This document shows positions 28,407 through 43,079 of a DNA stretch of 64,000 nucleotides, in pieces. Position 1 is the stretch's first letter, and every line of letters starts with the position of its first letter. The notes below the pieces were generated by a model. That model was not told the origin of the DNA, made no database searches, and worked only from the letters and a program-made list of their open reading frames with translations. Location: positions 352,842,001 to 352,906,000 of the forward strand of contig OZ024740.1 in NCBI GenBank assembly GCA_964016885.1. The letters run 5' to 3'. The translations under genes and the position numbers were made by a program. The DNA comes from Eledone cirrhosa (taxonomy: Eukaryota).

Positions 28407-28560
28407 GGAGGCACATGGCTTATTGGTTAGAGGATTGGCCTTGCAATCGAAAGGTTGTGAGTTCAATTCTCCGACCGGGTGATGTGTTGTTTCCTTGACC
28501 AAGACACTTTATTTCACATTGCTCCAGTTTACTCAGCTGTAGAAATGAGATGAAAGGGAC
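28407..28560 (+). mobile_element. tRNA-derived SINE (second family)
   Basis: GGAGGCACATGGCTTATTGGTTAGAG (A box) ... GAGTTCAATTCTC (B box) ... CCTTGACCAAGACACTTTATTTCAC. Confidence 0.7.
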
Positions 28561-28576
28561 TGGGATCCCTATCATT

Positions 28577-30572
28577 CCACTGCAAAGTGGTCGTGGAGGT
28601 GCCACGGCAAAAAAGCACCCAGCACTCACTGTAAATGAGGTTGGTGTTAGGAAGGGCATCCAGCTGTAGAAATCAAGCCAGAATCAGTTCCCGTCCCACC
28701 CTTGCAAGCAGGGAAAAAGCGGACATAAAATGGAATGATGATGAATGATACATGCATTATACAGTCTGCCTTTCGTTTTTCTCTCAAAAGGAAAGGTAGA
28801 CTGTATGATGCATGTATGAGAACAACTATGTTGCACAACAGCGAGACCTGGGGCAGAGGACCTGCGGGGATTGGAAAGAAATGAAGCCTCCATGCTTCGA
28901 TGCATATGCAATAGCAACATACACAAACGACAAAGCATAAATGAAATACCTGAGAAATTAGGCATAAGAGGGATCAGATGTGTGTAGGAGAGGAGATTGC
29001 GTTGGTATGGACATATGATGCATATGAAGGATGATAGCTGTATAAAAAGGTGCAGGCCTAGGAAGACTTGAGATGAGGTAATAAGAGCTGACTTTGCTCA
29101 ATTACATCTCACTAAGGTGATGACACATGACCGTGACCTCTGGTGCTATGAAATATTACAGAAGACCCACCCTCTATCATTCTCAGGCAACGCCATTCCC
29201 TACCATCTCCCCTCCTATAAACCTCCCTTATACCTATGTCCTCAATTTCCGAAAGCATCTTCCTCACCCCTCCCACGTTTCCAACCTCCTCTATAAAGTG
29301 ATTCCCCCCTCCAGGAGCCATGACAAAAGAGCCCAGCCCATACTATATTGGTCATGTAGGTGTCATGACAAAAGTGAGTGCCCAGTCAATACTAAAGTGG
29401 TTGTGTAAGTGTCACGACAAAAAGCAGGAAAGGCGTAGGTAGAAATTGCATCCACTGTCCCAAATGCAAACGAGATGTAGGTTTTACATGTAACCGTTGC
29501 ACTGGAGCAGTAAATAGCAAACGACCACAGGAAACACGCACTATCAAATTCTGGGAAGGCTCAGTAGAAGCAGTGAACAGCTTCTGCTACCTAGGTGACC
29601 AAATTAGCAACGGAGGTGGGTATTCTGAAAGTACAGTAGCCAGAGTGAGGAGGGTATATAAGTTCAAGGAGCTACTACCGTTGCTAGGTACAAAATGTTT
29701 TTTCCTAAAAATGAAAGGCTGACTGTACGATGCCTGTATACAAGCAGCAATGTTGCATAGTAGTGAGTCCTGAGCAGTGTGTGCAGAGGACTTACAAAGA
29801 TTGGAAAGAAATGAAGCTTTCAGGCTTTGATGTATATGCAATAGTAATATATATGTGAATGGCATAGCATGTAAGAACTGAGAGAGAAACTAAGCGTAAA
29901 AGGAGTCAGATGCAGTGTGCAGTAGGGGAGTTTACATTGGTATGGACATGTAATACGTATGAATGATGACAACTGTATAAAAAGATGCGGAGAGCTCAAA
30001 GTTGATGGAAGCTATGGTGTAGGAAGACCCAGGAAGACTTGGTATGAGGTGATAAAAGCTGACCTTGTACAATTGCACCTCTCAAAGTGTAGCATCAGCT
30101 GGGTTCTCTGCCATTATGCAGTAATACAGAAGACCTGCCTTCCCATGGGAACAGGCTGAAGCATACATATAGTATTCACCTCCACCCTCCTCCCATGGGC
30201 ACAGGCTGAAGCATATATCTGGTATGCACCACCTTCACCTTCATCCCACGTCCTAATACTCTGCCCTTCATACACGCCCACCTCCTTATTCCCCCCACAC
30301 ACGTGCCACCAAAACCCACAGCCTACACTGTAAAGTGGTCGTGATGGCGACAACAAAAAGCGCCCAGCCCACATTTTAAGGTGGTCGTGTAGGTGTCACG
30401 ACAAAAAGCACCCAGTATTCACTGTAAATGTGATTGGCCTAGAAACCTTGCCCAAATCGGTTCTGTATGAGCAAGACATTGTCATCCGACCTCGACTTGC
30501 CTCAAATAGGACAACTCGTTTAACCGATGCTAGCGTGGAAAATGGACGTTAAACGATGATGATGATGATGAT
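28577..30572. mobile_element. Mosaic of old RTE 3' fragments (one minus-strand tail, two degraded plus-strand copies)
   Basis: Degenerate KGRLYDAC/ERNEA/WYGH coding remnants, 3'-UTR repeats and (GAT)n tails. Confidence 0.75.
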
Positions 30573-31269
30573 TATTGCTAATTACTGTGTTTATCTGTAA
30601 GAGTTGTATTGTGACGTCTCGTTGATAAAAAAGTATAAGCTAGTAAGAGCACTCCATGTTAGCTATATCTATCCAACATACAGATATCGATCAAACGTAA
30701 TGGAATTTCCATGTATGAAATAAACGTTAAGACATGTTAAATACCCATATTTATTATATGTATTTCCGTGTCACCTGCATGAAGTAGTTATGTAATCGTT
30801 ACAGCAGCAACCAGTGTGACCTCATCAGCTGTTAACACAATTATGTGAGTGGGTTGATTCGTTGTTGGCTAACACTACCTTGTTTGCGAAAGTCCCAAGT
30901 ACATTACTTTGAACTTTTGTAAACATGTATTTTCATTAAAGTATTGGAAGCTGTTCGTCATCGATAGTCAGGCCGCCTGTGTATCAATTCTTATTTATAT
31001 TTTGCTGTAACCTAGAATGTATTACTGAATTAAATAAAAAAAACTTTTATGTTCATTACATCTGATGTCTGCTGACGTAAGACAGCCATAGAAATACGTA
31101 TTATTTAATTGTACAACATTAAAGAGATATATTGGAATCCGGCCTTGTATTTTCATTGAAGCATGTGTATCTCCCCCTCTCTCTCTCTATATATATATAT
31201 GTAAATAATTAATTGCAAACGAATCGAATATTATTATTAATATTAGAAACTCTCTCTCTCTCTCTGTAT

Positions 31270-32110
31270 ATCACTGGCTTTACTGTAGCACCGGCTCAGA
31301 GCAGGAGAGTTGGGGCGAAAAAGGTATCGGATGCTGAATTTGCCGACGACATAGTTTTGGTGACAAATACAGTGAAGGGGGCAGAGGATTTGATGCGGGA
31401 GGTTGAGACTGTGTCGATGAGTGTGGGGCTGGGAATGAATGAGACTAAAACAAAATATCTGGTAGAGAATGTTGAGAAGCCAGAGGGGATCACTAATGTA
31501 GGTGGGAAGCCGCTGGAATTGGTTGAGGACTTCCTGTATTTGGGAGCAAAGATTGGGAATACGGAAGATGATGTGGTTGAGAGGAAGAGCAAGGCCTGGG
31601 CGGCGTGTCACAGCTTGAGATCGGTGTGGAAGTCGGACCTTCGTAGAGACCTGAAAATCCGCCTCTTCATTGCTGTAGTGGAGTCTGTGCTGCTGTATGG
31701 GTCTGAGACTTGGACACTGACCAAGAGACTCACTCAGATGGTGGATGGGTGCTACACGAGAATGCTGAGGATGGCTCTGAACATTAATCAGTATACACTG
31801 AGGATGAAAAACTCAGAGCTGTATGGGAGCATCCCAAAAGTCAGCTCAAAAGTGACACAGAGGAGACTGAGGTTGGCTGGACATGCTCACCGACATCCAG
31901 AGTTGACATTGCACTCAGTGCTCCTTTGGGAGCCCCTACATGGACACACTAGAAGAGGAAGACCAAGGTTAACATATATTGATGCCCTAAGGACAGACAC
32001 TGGTCTGTTGGAGATGCAGGATATGGCAGCGATAATGAGGGACAGAGACCGCTGGAGAGAACTCGTCCATGGATCTCGGGAATTTTACCCGCCTTAGATA
32101 GATAGATAGA
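31270..32110 (+). mobile_element. 5'-truncated RTE/RTEX-like LINE of a distinct family with an open RT C-terminus and a (TAGA)n tail
   Basis: Within ORF 31213-32097: EFADDIVL, GLGMNETKTKY, DFLYLG, ESVLLYGSETWTL, RRLRLAGH, RGRPRLTYID. The stop runs straight into (TAGA)n. Confidence 0.88.
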
Positions 32111-32112
32111 TA

Positions 32113-32192
<80 letters not shown>

Positions 32193-32305
32193 GGAATTTA
32201 TATCTAGTAACATTTATATACACACAGATGCATATCAATGCTAGCAAATATATAGGTTTTGTCTTATTAACAATGTGGTTCAATGCATGGGGTTGCAGAA
32301 CAATA

Positions 32306-32753
32306 ATATGAGAGACGTAAAATAAGAAAATTATAAAATTAACTTACTTACTAAAAAATCACTTCCAACTAATTAGTTTCTGGAATGGAGTAAATATATT
32401 TTCCGAAGAAACATATAGAAAATCATTCCGTCATCAGGAAAGTCTTTTTCCGTATAGGTCTCCAGGCATAGCGAGGACACTGGAAACTTATTAAAAGACG
32501 TAGAGGCAGTGATTTTCTCAATGGCTTGGAATCCAGTCCACGCTTCGCTATTTCCATTCCACTGAATTATTTTTTTAATAAGTTTCCAGTGTCCTCGCTA
32601 TGCCTGGAGACCTATACGGAAAAAGACTTTCCTGATGACGGAATGATTTTCCATATATTTCTTCGGAAAATATATTTACTCCATTCCAGAAACTAATTAG
32701 TTGGAAGTGATTTTTTAGTAAGTAAGTTAATTTTATAATTTTCTTATTTTACG

Positions 32754-32763
<10 letters not shown>
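32306..32763. mobile_element. Fold-back PLE pseudo-LTR-like insertion (family B)
   Basis: Inverted arms about 32306-32496 and 32573-32763 with a 76-bp spacer. Each arm contains an HHR. Confidence 0.8.
32619..32716 (+). ncRNA. Type I hammerhead ribozyme (mirror copy on the minus strand at 32353-32450)
   Basis: ACTTTC-CTGATGA(32632)-C-GGAATG..CATTCC-A-GAAA-CTAATTA-GTT^GGAAGT. Stem I ACTTTC/GGAAGT, long stem II, palindromic stem III (AACTAATTAGTT). Confidence 0.78.
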
Positions 32764-32803
<40 letters not shown>

Positions 32804-32814
32804 ATATATATATA

Positions 32815-33470
32815 AGGAAAAAATTAGAAATAAGAGGGATCAGATGTTGTTTACTCGAGAGAAGGCTACGTTGGTATGGACACGTGATGCGCATGAAAGT
32901 CGATAGCTGTATAACAAAGTGCAGGACAATAAAGATAGACGGTAGCCACGGAATAGGCAGACCTAGAAAAACCTGGGACGAGCTGATAAACTCCGACCTC
33001 ACACACTTACACCTCTCCAAGACAATGTCACTGGACCGAGACCTTTGGCGGTACTCAGTAACAGAGAAGACCCGCCTTACCTAAATACATAGTAAAACCT
33101 ACTACAGCCAGTAGGCATCTCTAACAAAATACACCCCGTCCCACCACCCCCACCCCATCCACACCACCCCGTTCTATGTAAAGTTATGTTGGTGCCGCGC
33201 CATCCAGGCCGAAACAAATGAGATCGTGTAGGTGTCACGACAAAAAAACACACAGTCCACGCTGTAATGTGGCCGTGTAGGCAACACGGTAAAAACCTCC
33301 CAGACCCACACTGTAAATGTGGTTGGTGTTAGGAAGGGCATCCAACTGTAGAAAACCTGCCAGACAGTCCTATGCGAGCAAGACAATCACTCTTGCCTCA
33401 AGTGGGAAAACCCCCGTCCAAACCCATGCAAGCGTGGAACACGGACGTTAAACGTTGATGATGATGATGA
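32815..33470 (+). mobile_element. Short RTE 3' fragment inserted in (TA)n
   Basis: Near-identical to 22821-23478, with a (GAT)n tail. Confidence 0.9.
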
Positions 33471-33488
33471 TATATATGTATGTATATA

Positions 33489-33639
<151 letters not shown>

Positions 33640-33640
33640 G

Positions 33641-33819
<179 letters not shown>

Positions 33820-33996
33820 GTGTATATATATATATATATGTGTATATATATATATATATATATGTGTATATATATATATATATATATGTGTATATATATA
33901 TATATATGTGTATATATATATATGTGTATATATATATATATATGTGTATATATATATATATGTGTATATATATATATATATGTGTATATATATATA

Positions 33997-36252
<2,256 letters not shown>

Positions 36253-36255
36253 CAT

Positions 36256-36458
36256 AGCGAAGGAAAAGTGGTAAGGAACCAGGTGGACCATAACGCACCA
36301 AAGTACTCAATACTTAGGGTAGTAGAGGGTAATAGGAGTAAGTAAGACCCCGACGGCTGAGCTCAAGCCGTTTCGACGGCTAATTCTGTACTGATTCAGT
36401 ACAGAATTAGCCGTCGAAACGGCTTGAGCTCAGCCGTCGGGGTCTTACTTACTCCTAT
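36256..36458 (-). mobile_element. Short fold-back pseudo-LTR-like insertion (family A)
   Basis: Palindrome centred at 36395 (..GTACTGA t TCAGTAC..) with a single-copy tail to the left. (TA)n flanks. Confidence 0.75.
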
Positions 36459-36465
36459 ATATACA

Positions 36466-36635
<170 letters not shown>

Positions 36636-36739
36636 TATATATATATACACATATATATATATATATACAAATATATATATATATATACACACACATATAT
36701 ATATATATACACATATATATATATATAAAATATATATAA

Positions 36740-36770
<31 letters not shown>

Positions 36771-36771
36771 A

Positions 36772-36803
<32 letters not shown>

Positions 36804-36874
36804 TTATATATATATATATGTATATTTATATATATATATATATGTATATTTATATATATATATATATGTTTATT

Positions 36875-36934
<60 letters not shown>

Positions 36935-36937
36935 TAT

Positions 36938-39900
36938 GTCGCTCTAACGAGGTTGTAGAAATGCTTGAACGTAAGGAGGTCGATGTTTGTTGTATTCAAG
37001 AGACCAGGTGGAGGGGTGGGTCTGCTAGATTCATTGTGGGTAAAAAACGATGCTATAAGCTTTTCTGGGTGGGAAATGACAATGGGCTGGGTGGGGTAGG
37101 AATCATGGTAGCAGAAAAGTGGGCAGATAAGATAATAGACGTAAATAGAGTGAACGACAGAATAATTAAAATAAGACTTGTCCTCAATAGAACTACGGTG
37201 ACAGTAATATCTGCGTACGCACCCCAATCCGGACTGCCCGGCACTATAAAAGACAGATTCTATGAGACACTGATGCTCACTACCTCCCAAATAACCGACA
37301 GTGACTATATAATTATTGCAGGCGACCTAAATGGTCACGTTGGACAACATTGTGACGGCTACGACGAAATCCATGGAGGCTATGGGTTTGGTACTAGAAA
37401 TGAGGAAGGCTCCAGAATCCTGGAATTCTGTGACGCAAATAACCTAACTATCTGTAACACTAACTTCAAAAAACGTGACAATCACCTGATCACCTATAGA
37501 TCGGGGGAACACACAAGCCAGGTAGATTATATCCTTACCAGAAGACGTGACAGAGTGTCTGTTGTAAACACTAAATCCCTCCCCCATGAAGAATGCACCT
37601 CCCAACATAGACTGATAATTAGCGACCTAATAGTCAGGACGAGACGTACTAGACAACAGAAGAGGACTATCCTCAGGAGAAAAATATGGAAGCTAAAGGA
37701 CCCCACAGCCAGAAATAAATTCAAAAGTATACTACTTGATGCTTTCGACAGTAACGAAGAGCAATTAGAGTCGTACAATATAGAAGAGCAGTGGGAATTC
37801 CTGAAAGCAAACCTGCTGATGGCGGCAGACGAAGTCTGTGGCTGGAGCAGGCCTGTAGGCAGGAGGAGAGTAACATGGTGGTGGAACAGTAAGGTGGAGG
37901 GGTCAATTAAGGCCAACAAGCAGGCTTGGAAAGTATGGCGGGATGGGGGAAGCAGAGAAGGCTTTCAAGTGGCCCGGAGGGAAGCTAGGAGACAAGTGTA
38001 CTTCGCAAGAAGGGAAGCAGAGGAAAGAAAGTTCAAGCATGTTCTACAACGCGAGGACCAAAAACGTGAGGTGTTCAGGATTGCTAGGCAATGTGTCAAG
38101 GAAAACCGTGATATTGACGGGGAGAAGTGTGTACTTAATGATGACGGCGTACTTGCCATCACCGACGCTGATAAGAAGGTAACTTGGAAGTGTCACTATG
38201 AAAGGCTACTAAATGAGGAGAATAAATGGGAGAAAGACAGTCTCCCCCACATCGACCCAACAGAGGGACCAGCAGTGTTAGTCGAGGGTAGTATAATAAG
38301 TAAGGCAATCAAAGATATGAAGACGGGTAAGGCGGCTGGGCCTTCGGAAATAGTTGCCGAGATGCTGAAGGCATCTGGTACGGTGGGACACACCATGGTC
38401 ACCCGGATAGTTAACCAAATCGTACAGAATGGGGTTGTTCCGAAGGACTGGCGTAGCAGCATCATCGTTAACTGTTATAAGGGTAAAGGAGATGCCCTAG
38501 ATAGGAGTAACTATAGAGGCATTAAATTAATCGACCAGGTCATGAAGGTCACGGAAAAAGTAATAGCGCAACTAATCAGAGAGAGAATTGATCTAGATGA
38601 AATGCAGTTCGGGTTTGTGTCAGGAAAAAGTACCACAGACGCTCTTTTCATTGTACGACAACTACAGGAGAAGTACCTAGCTAAAAGTAAACCCCTATAC
38701 TTAGCTTTTGTCGACTTGGAGAAAGCCTTCGACAGAGTCCCCCGTTCCATTATCTGGTGGGCTCTTAGAAAACTAGGTGTTGACGAATGGCTTGTGAGAG
38801 CTATACAAGCCATGTATAAAGAAACAGTCAGCAAGGTTAGAATTAACAACGAATATAGTGAAGAGTTTAGCGTAAAAGTTGGCGTCCATCAGGGCTCTGT
38901 TCTCAGCCCCCTACTATTTATTATTGCCCTTCAGGCTATAACAGAGGAGTTCAAGACCGGTTGCCCATGGGAACTCCTATACGCAGATGACCTAACACTC
39001 ATAGCTGAATCAATGGCCGAGCTAGAGAAGAAATTCCAAACATGGAAGCACGGCCTAGAATCAAAAGGCCTTAAAATTAACCTGGCTAAGACTAAAGTTC
39101 TAGTTTGTGAGAAAGAATATAAGGCGGCGGTCCCTTCCGGGAAGTGGCCATGCTCAGTATGTAGGAAAGGCGTAGGTAGAAACTCCATTTTGTGTCCCAA
39201 ATGCAAAGTATGGGTGCATAAAAGATGTAGTGGGATCACAGGTAAGCTAACTAAGAACATAGATTTTACATGTGGCCGGTGCTCTGGTGCAACAAGTAGC
39301 AGCAAGTGCCCACAAAATACTATCTCTTTCAACTGCGCAGAGGGTTCTATAGAAATAGTGGACAGCTTCCGTTACCTGGGTGACAAAATCAGCAGTGGGG
39401 AGGGTGCTCTGAAAGTACAGTAGCTAGAGTCAGAACGGGATGGAAAAAGTTCAGAGAGCTTATACCACTATTAGCCGCTAAAGGGTTCTCCCTAAAAATG
39501 AAAGGCAGGTTGTACGATGCATGCATACGAACAGCAATGTTGCATGGCAGTGAGACCTGGGCATTGTGTGCAGAGGATATACGCAGACTAGAGAGAAACG
39601 AAGCTTGCATGCTCCGCTGGATGTGTAATAGTAATATACGTGAACGGCAAAGCATAAACGAACTAAGGAAAAAACTAGAAATAAGAGGGATCAGATGTTG
39701 TTTACTCGAGAGAAGGCTACGTTGGTATGGTCACGTGATGCGCATGAAGGACGATAGCTGTATAACAAAGTGCAGGGCAATAAAGATAGACGGTAGCCAC
39801 GGAATAGGCAGACCTAGAAAAACCTGGGACGAGCTGATAAATTCCGACCTCACACACTTACACCTCACCAAGACAATGTCACTGGACCGAGACCTTTGAC

Positions 39901-40320
39901 GGTACTCAGTAATAGAGAAGACCCGCCTTACCTAAATACAAAGTAAAACCTACTACAGCCAGTAGGCATCTCTAACAAAATACACCCCGTCCCACCCACC
40001 CCCACCCCATCCACACCGCCCCTTTCAATGTAAAGTTATGTTGGTGCCACAACATCCAGGCCGAAACAAATGAGATCGTGTAGGTGTCACGTCAAAAAAC
40101 ACACAGTTCACGCTGTAATGTGGCCGTGTAGGCAACACGGTAAAAACCTCCCAGCCCCACACTGTATATGTGGTTGGTGTTAGGAAGGACATCCAGCTGT
40201 AGAAAACTCGCCAGATAGTCCTATGCGAGCAAGATAATCACTCTTGCCTCAAGTGGGAAAACCCCCGTCCAAACCCATGCAAGCGTGGAACACGGACGTT
40301 AAACGTTGATGATGATGATG
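36938..40320 (+). mobile_element. Near-full-length RTE LINE (AP endonuclease, RT, PHD-like finger, C-terminus, 3'-UTR, (GAT)n tail)
   Basis: Open frame 36938-39395 ([32 protein letters not shown]). One-base frameshift in the G-run near 39397 and a TGG>TGA change at 39897. A few N-terminal codons are lost at the (TA)n junction. Confidence 0.96.
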
Positions 40321-40355
40321 ATATATGTATATTTATATATATATACATGTATATT

Positions 40356-40386
<31 letters not shown>

Positions 40387-40411
40387 TTATATATATATAT
40401 ATATATATGTA

Positions 40412-40520
<109 letters not shown>

Positions 40521-40595
40521 TTATATATATATATATGTATATTTAGATATGTATATATGTATATTTATATATAATTATATATATATATGTATATT

Positions 40596-40632
<37 letters not shown>

Positions 40633-40734
40633 GTATATTTATATATATATATATATATATATGTATATTTTTATATATATATATATATATGTATATTTAT
40701 ATATATATATATGTATATTTATATATATATATAA

Positions 40735-41275
40735 AGTAAGGAACAAGGCGGATTCCCGTTTGAAGCAGGCACTGTTTCAAACTGAAAATGAACTCAAACT
40801 CCCATTACAAGGAGAGGACAGAAAGAGAAGCCTAGGCTATAGAAAACGATGATGGACCCTAAATCCTTTAAATTTGCAACGGGATAGGGCCGCTCTTCCA
40901 TAAAAGTGGCTCACTGACCGCAGACCCCACCCCAAGAGATAAGTGAATGAATAATACAAAAGTGTTTTCACACCTCCAGTGAGTCACATACAAATGAATA
41001 AGCCACATGAGTTCTTCAACACAGACAAATGGCAACATGAACCACATAGATATAAATATGAAAGATGTAATATCAGCCATAGACAAAATGATACTAAATT
41101 CAGCAGCTGGGCCTGATGGTTGCCCAGCAATCCCCCTAAAAACATGCAAGCGAAAATTAGCAAAACCACTGCCGATCCTCTTCCAAAGACCCCTTGCGAG
41201 TGGTAAACTACCCGGAAAAATAACAGAAGGAATAATATGTCCTATCCATAAAAGAGGAAGCAGATCAGTAAATCT
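40735..41275 (+). mobile_element. CR1/Jockey-group LINE RT N-terminal fragment
   Basis: ORF 41007-41291: DVISAIDKM..NSAAGPDG.PAI.LK....LAKPL..LF...L.SG.LP......ICPIHKRG. Confidence 0.75.
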
Positions 41276-41289
41276 CCGGGTAACAGAAT

Positions 41290-42100
41290 AAGGTGGTAAT
41301 GATAGAGAGATGTAAGAGGAAGCGTAGAAAGACATGTAGAGAGCATAACAGAACGTAGTAAAAGTGTAAAAATAATAACACGAGATAGTTACATTGGAAG
41401 TGATTTAATAGTCCCTATATTTCGGATTTGACATCCATCAACTGGAGGTTTTCCGAGGAGAAAAAGGTTGTGTCGGAGAAGGACAACGCGTGGCCTTCGC
41501 TGTCTATCGTGTGCGTAAAATTGAAATACTCTATCGGGCGCGTGTGCGTGCAGAATTGTTGCGGTCAGATTAAGTTCGTAGCAGTTCTACTATACTAGTG
41601 TAGTGGGATGGTGATGTGTCAGTGCGTACGCATCATCGCTGTCAAATCTTAGCGTTCTGTCTGTGGTTGTGGGGTCATTGGCAGCCATGGTGATAGTAGT
41701 CTGCCTGTCTGTTGTCTGTCGGTCGGTGGGTGGTGGACACAATATACACACAATAACAATCGCTCGATTGTTACTGTATGTGTGTTCCATTTTTTTACAC
41801 CAGCCATCTCGTCTCACCTCTCTCGAATCGATTATTGATTTGTGGTCCGAGACGTTTGATCCAGAGTGCCTCCTTGATCCTTAAAGTGCGGAGGTTGCGT
41901 TCCGTCGCTAACACTGTGACAATGGGCCTTCCGTGGGTTCGTGTGAAATGTATAGTTGCGTGTGTGCGAAAATAGTGCAAATGTCTGTGTGTGTTTAAGT
42001 TTCTGAATGGATGTCAGTGTGTATGCATGTGGAAGTCGGGCATCGGGAGTTCCAGGGCATGCAATCAGGCCGCAGGTGGTCAAGTTCCGAGTGGAGTTGT
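41290..42100 (-). mobile_element. 3' fragment of a Penelope-like element (GIY-YIG C-terminus and 3' region)
   Basis: ORF 41795-41980 includes VLATERNLRTLRIKEALWIKRLGPQINNRFE, the E..I....P.lN motif of PLE GIY-YIG endonucleases. Confidence 0.7.
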
Positions 42101-42132
42101 CCGATATGTATATATATATATAAATATATAAA

Positions 42133-43060
42133 AATTTTAATATAGATGAGATCCTACAGGACTAGAACTGTTTCATTCTTTAGAAATCATCAGGAATCTG
42201 GCGGTATTTATATCTTTTCAGGTGGTAGGGGAGGGTGGGGAGTGGGATGGGTGGAGGTCATTGGTTGAAAGAAAAGGGAATTCATTAAAAGCTAATTCTT
42301 TATATTTAGAGTGACAAAGGCAGAAAGGATTCTATAAACAGGTTCAGAATGCGGTGCCATTCCTTATTTTTAAGTTTCTCTTAAGCTAACAATACCTATA
42401 TTTCAGGTGTCTATAAGGTGGTTGTGGGTCGGTCATGGTTGATGGATTTAAAGAAAAGGGAAATTCTTTAAAAGCTAATTCTTTAGAGCTCTACTTAGAG
42501 TGACAAAGGCCAAGAGAATTCTATAAACCAGAGAAATATGACAATAATAATAGACACCCAATATTTTGAACTGGTTTATAGAATTCTCTTGGCCTTTGTC
42601 ACTCTAGGTAGAGCTTTAAAGAATTAACTTTTAAAGAATTTCCCTTTTCTTTAAATCCATTAACCATGACCGACCCACAACCACCTTATAGACACCTGAA
42701 ATATAGGTATTGTTAGCCTAAGAGAAACTTAAAAATAAGGAGTGCCCCCCCCCCCCATTCTGAATCTGTTTATAGAATCCTTTCTGCCTTTGTCACTCTA
42801 AATATAAACTATAGACTTAAAGAATTAGATTTTAATGAATTCCCTTTTCTTTCAACCAATGATCTCCACCCATCCCACTCCCCACCCTCTCCTACCACAT
42901 GAAAAGATATAAATACCACTACATTTATTTTTGGAAAGCCAGATTCCTGATGATTTCTAAAGTATGAAACAGTTCTAGTCCTGTAGAATCTCATCTATAT
43001 TAACACTTTTATACTCTGCTATGTATTGAGTACTTTACTTACTGTGGTTACCTCCGATTC
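42133..43060. mobile_element. Fold-back PLE pseudo-LTR-like insertion (family C)
   Basis: Inverted arms about 42133-42531 and 42572-43010 with a spacer of about 40 bp. An HHR lies near each outer end. Confidence 0.8.
42941..42991 (+). ncRNA. Type I hammerhead ribozyme (minus-strand copy 42149-42199)
   Basis: AGATTC-CTGATGA(42947)-T-TTCT aa AG(T/A)A-T-GAAA-CAG ttctagtc CT-GTA^GAATCT. Perfect 6-bp stem I, ACAG/CTGT stem III. Confidence 0.8.
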
Positions 43061-43079
43061 AACCCACAATAACTTACCA

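Noticed and set aside
26010-28430. 806-aa ORF and other IY/YI-, ER/SL- and HT/CV-rich ORFs
   Set aside because: These are translations of (TA)n, (GA)n and (CA)n microsatellites.
28407-28480. tRNA gene
   Set aside because: A and B boxes are present but there is no acceptor stem, and the sequence continues into a SINE body.
30795-30835. Minus-strand CTGATGAGGTCACA as a hammerhead
   Set aside because: No GAAA follows the putative stem II. At best it is a decayed relic.
31060-31110. CTGATGT...GAAATACGTATT hammerhead-like spacing
   Set aside because: A9 is missing and stem I is unconvincing.
36796-36937. N-terminal extension of the 875-aa ORF
   Set aside because: This is (TA)n flank read in frame. 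The RTE sequence starts at about 36938.
39897-39899. In-frame TGA as possible selenocysteine
   Set aside because: It aligns to TGG (Trp) in sister copies, so it is a nonsense mutation. The PLE stops are TAA/TAG, so they offer no Sec evidence either.
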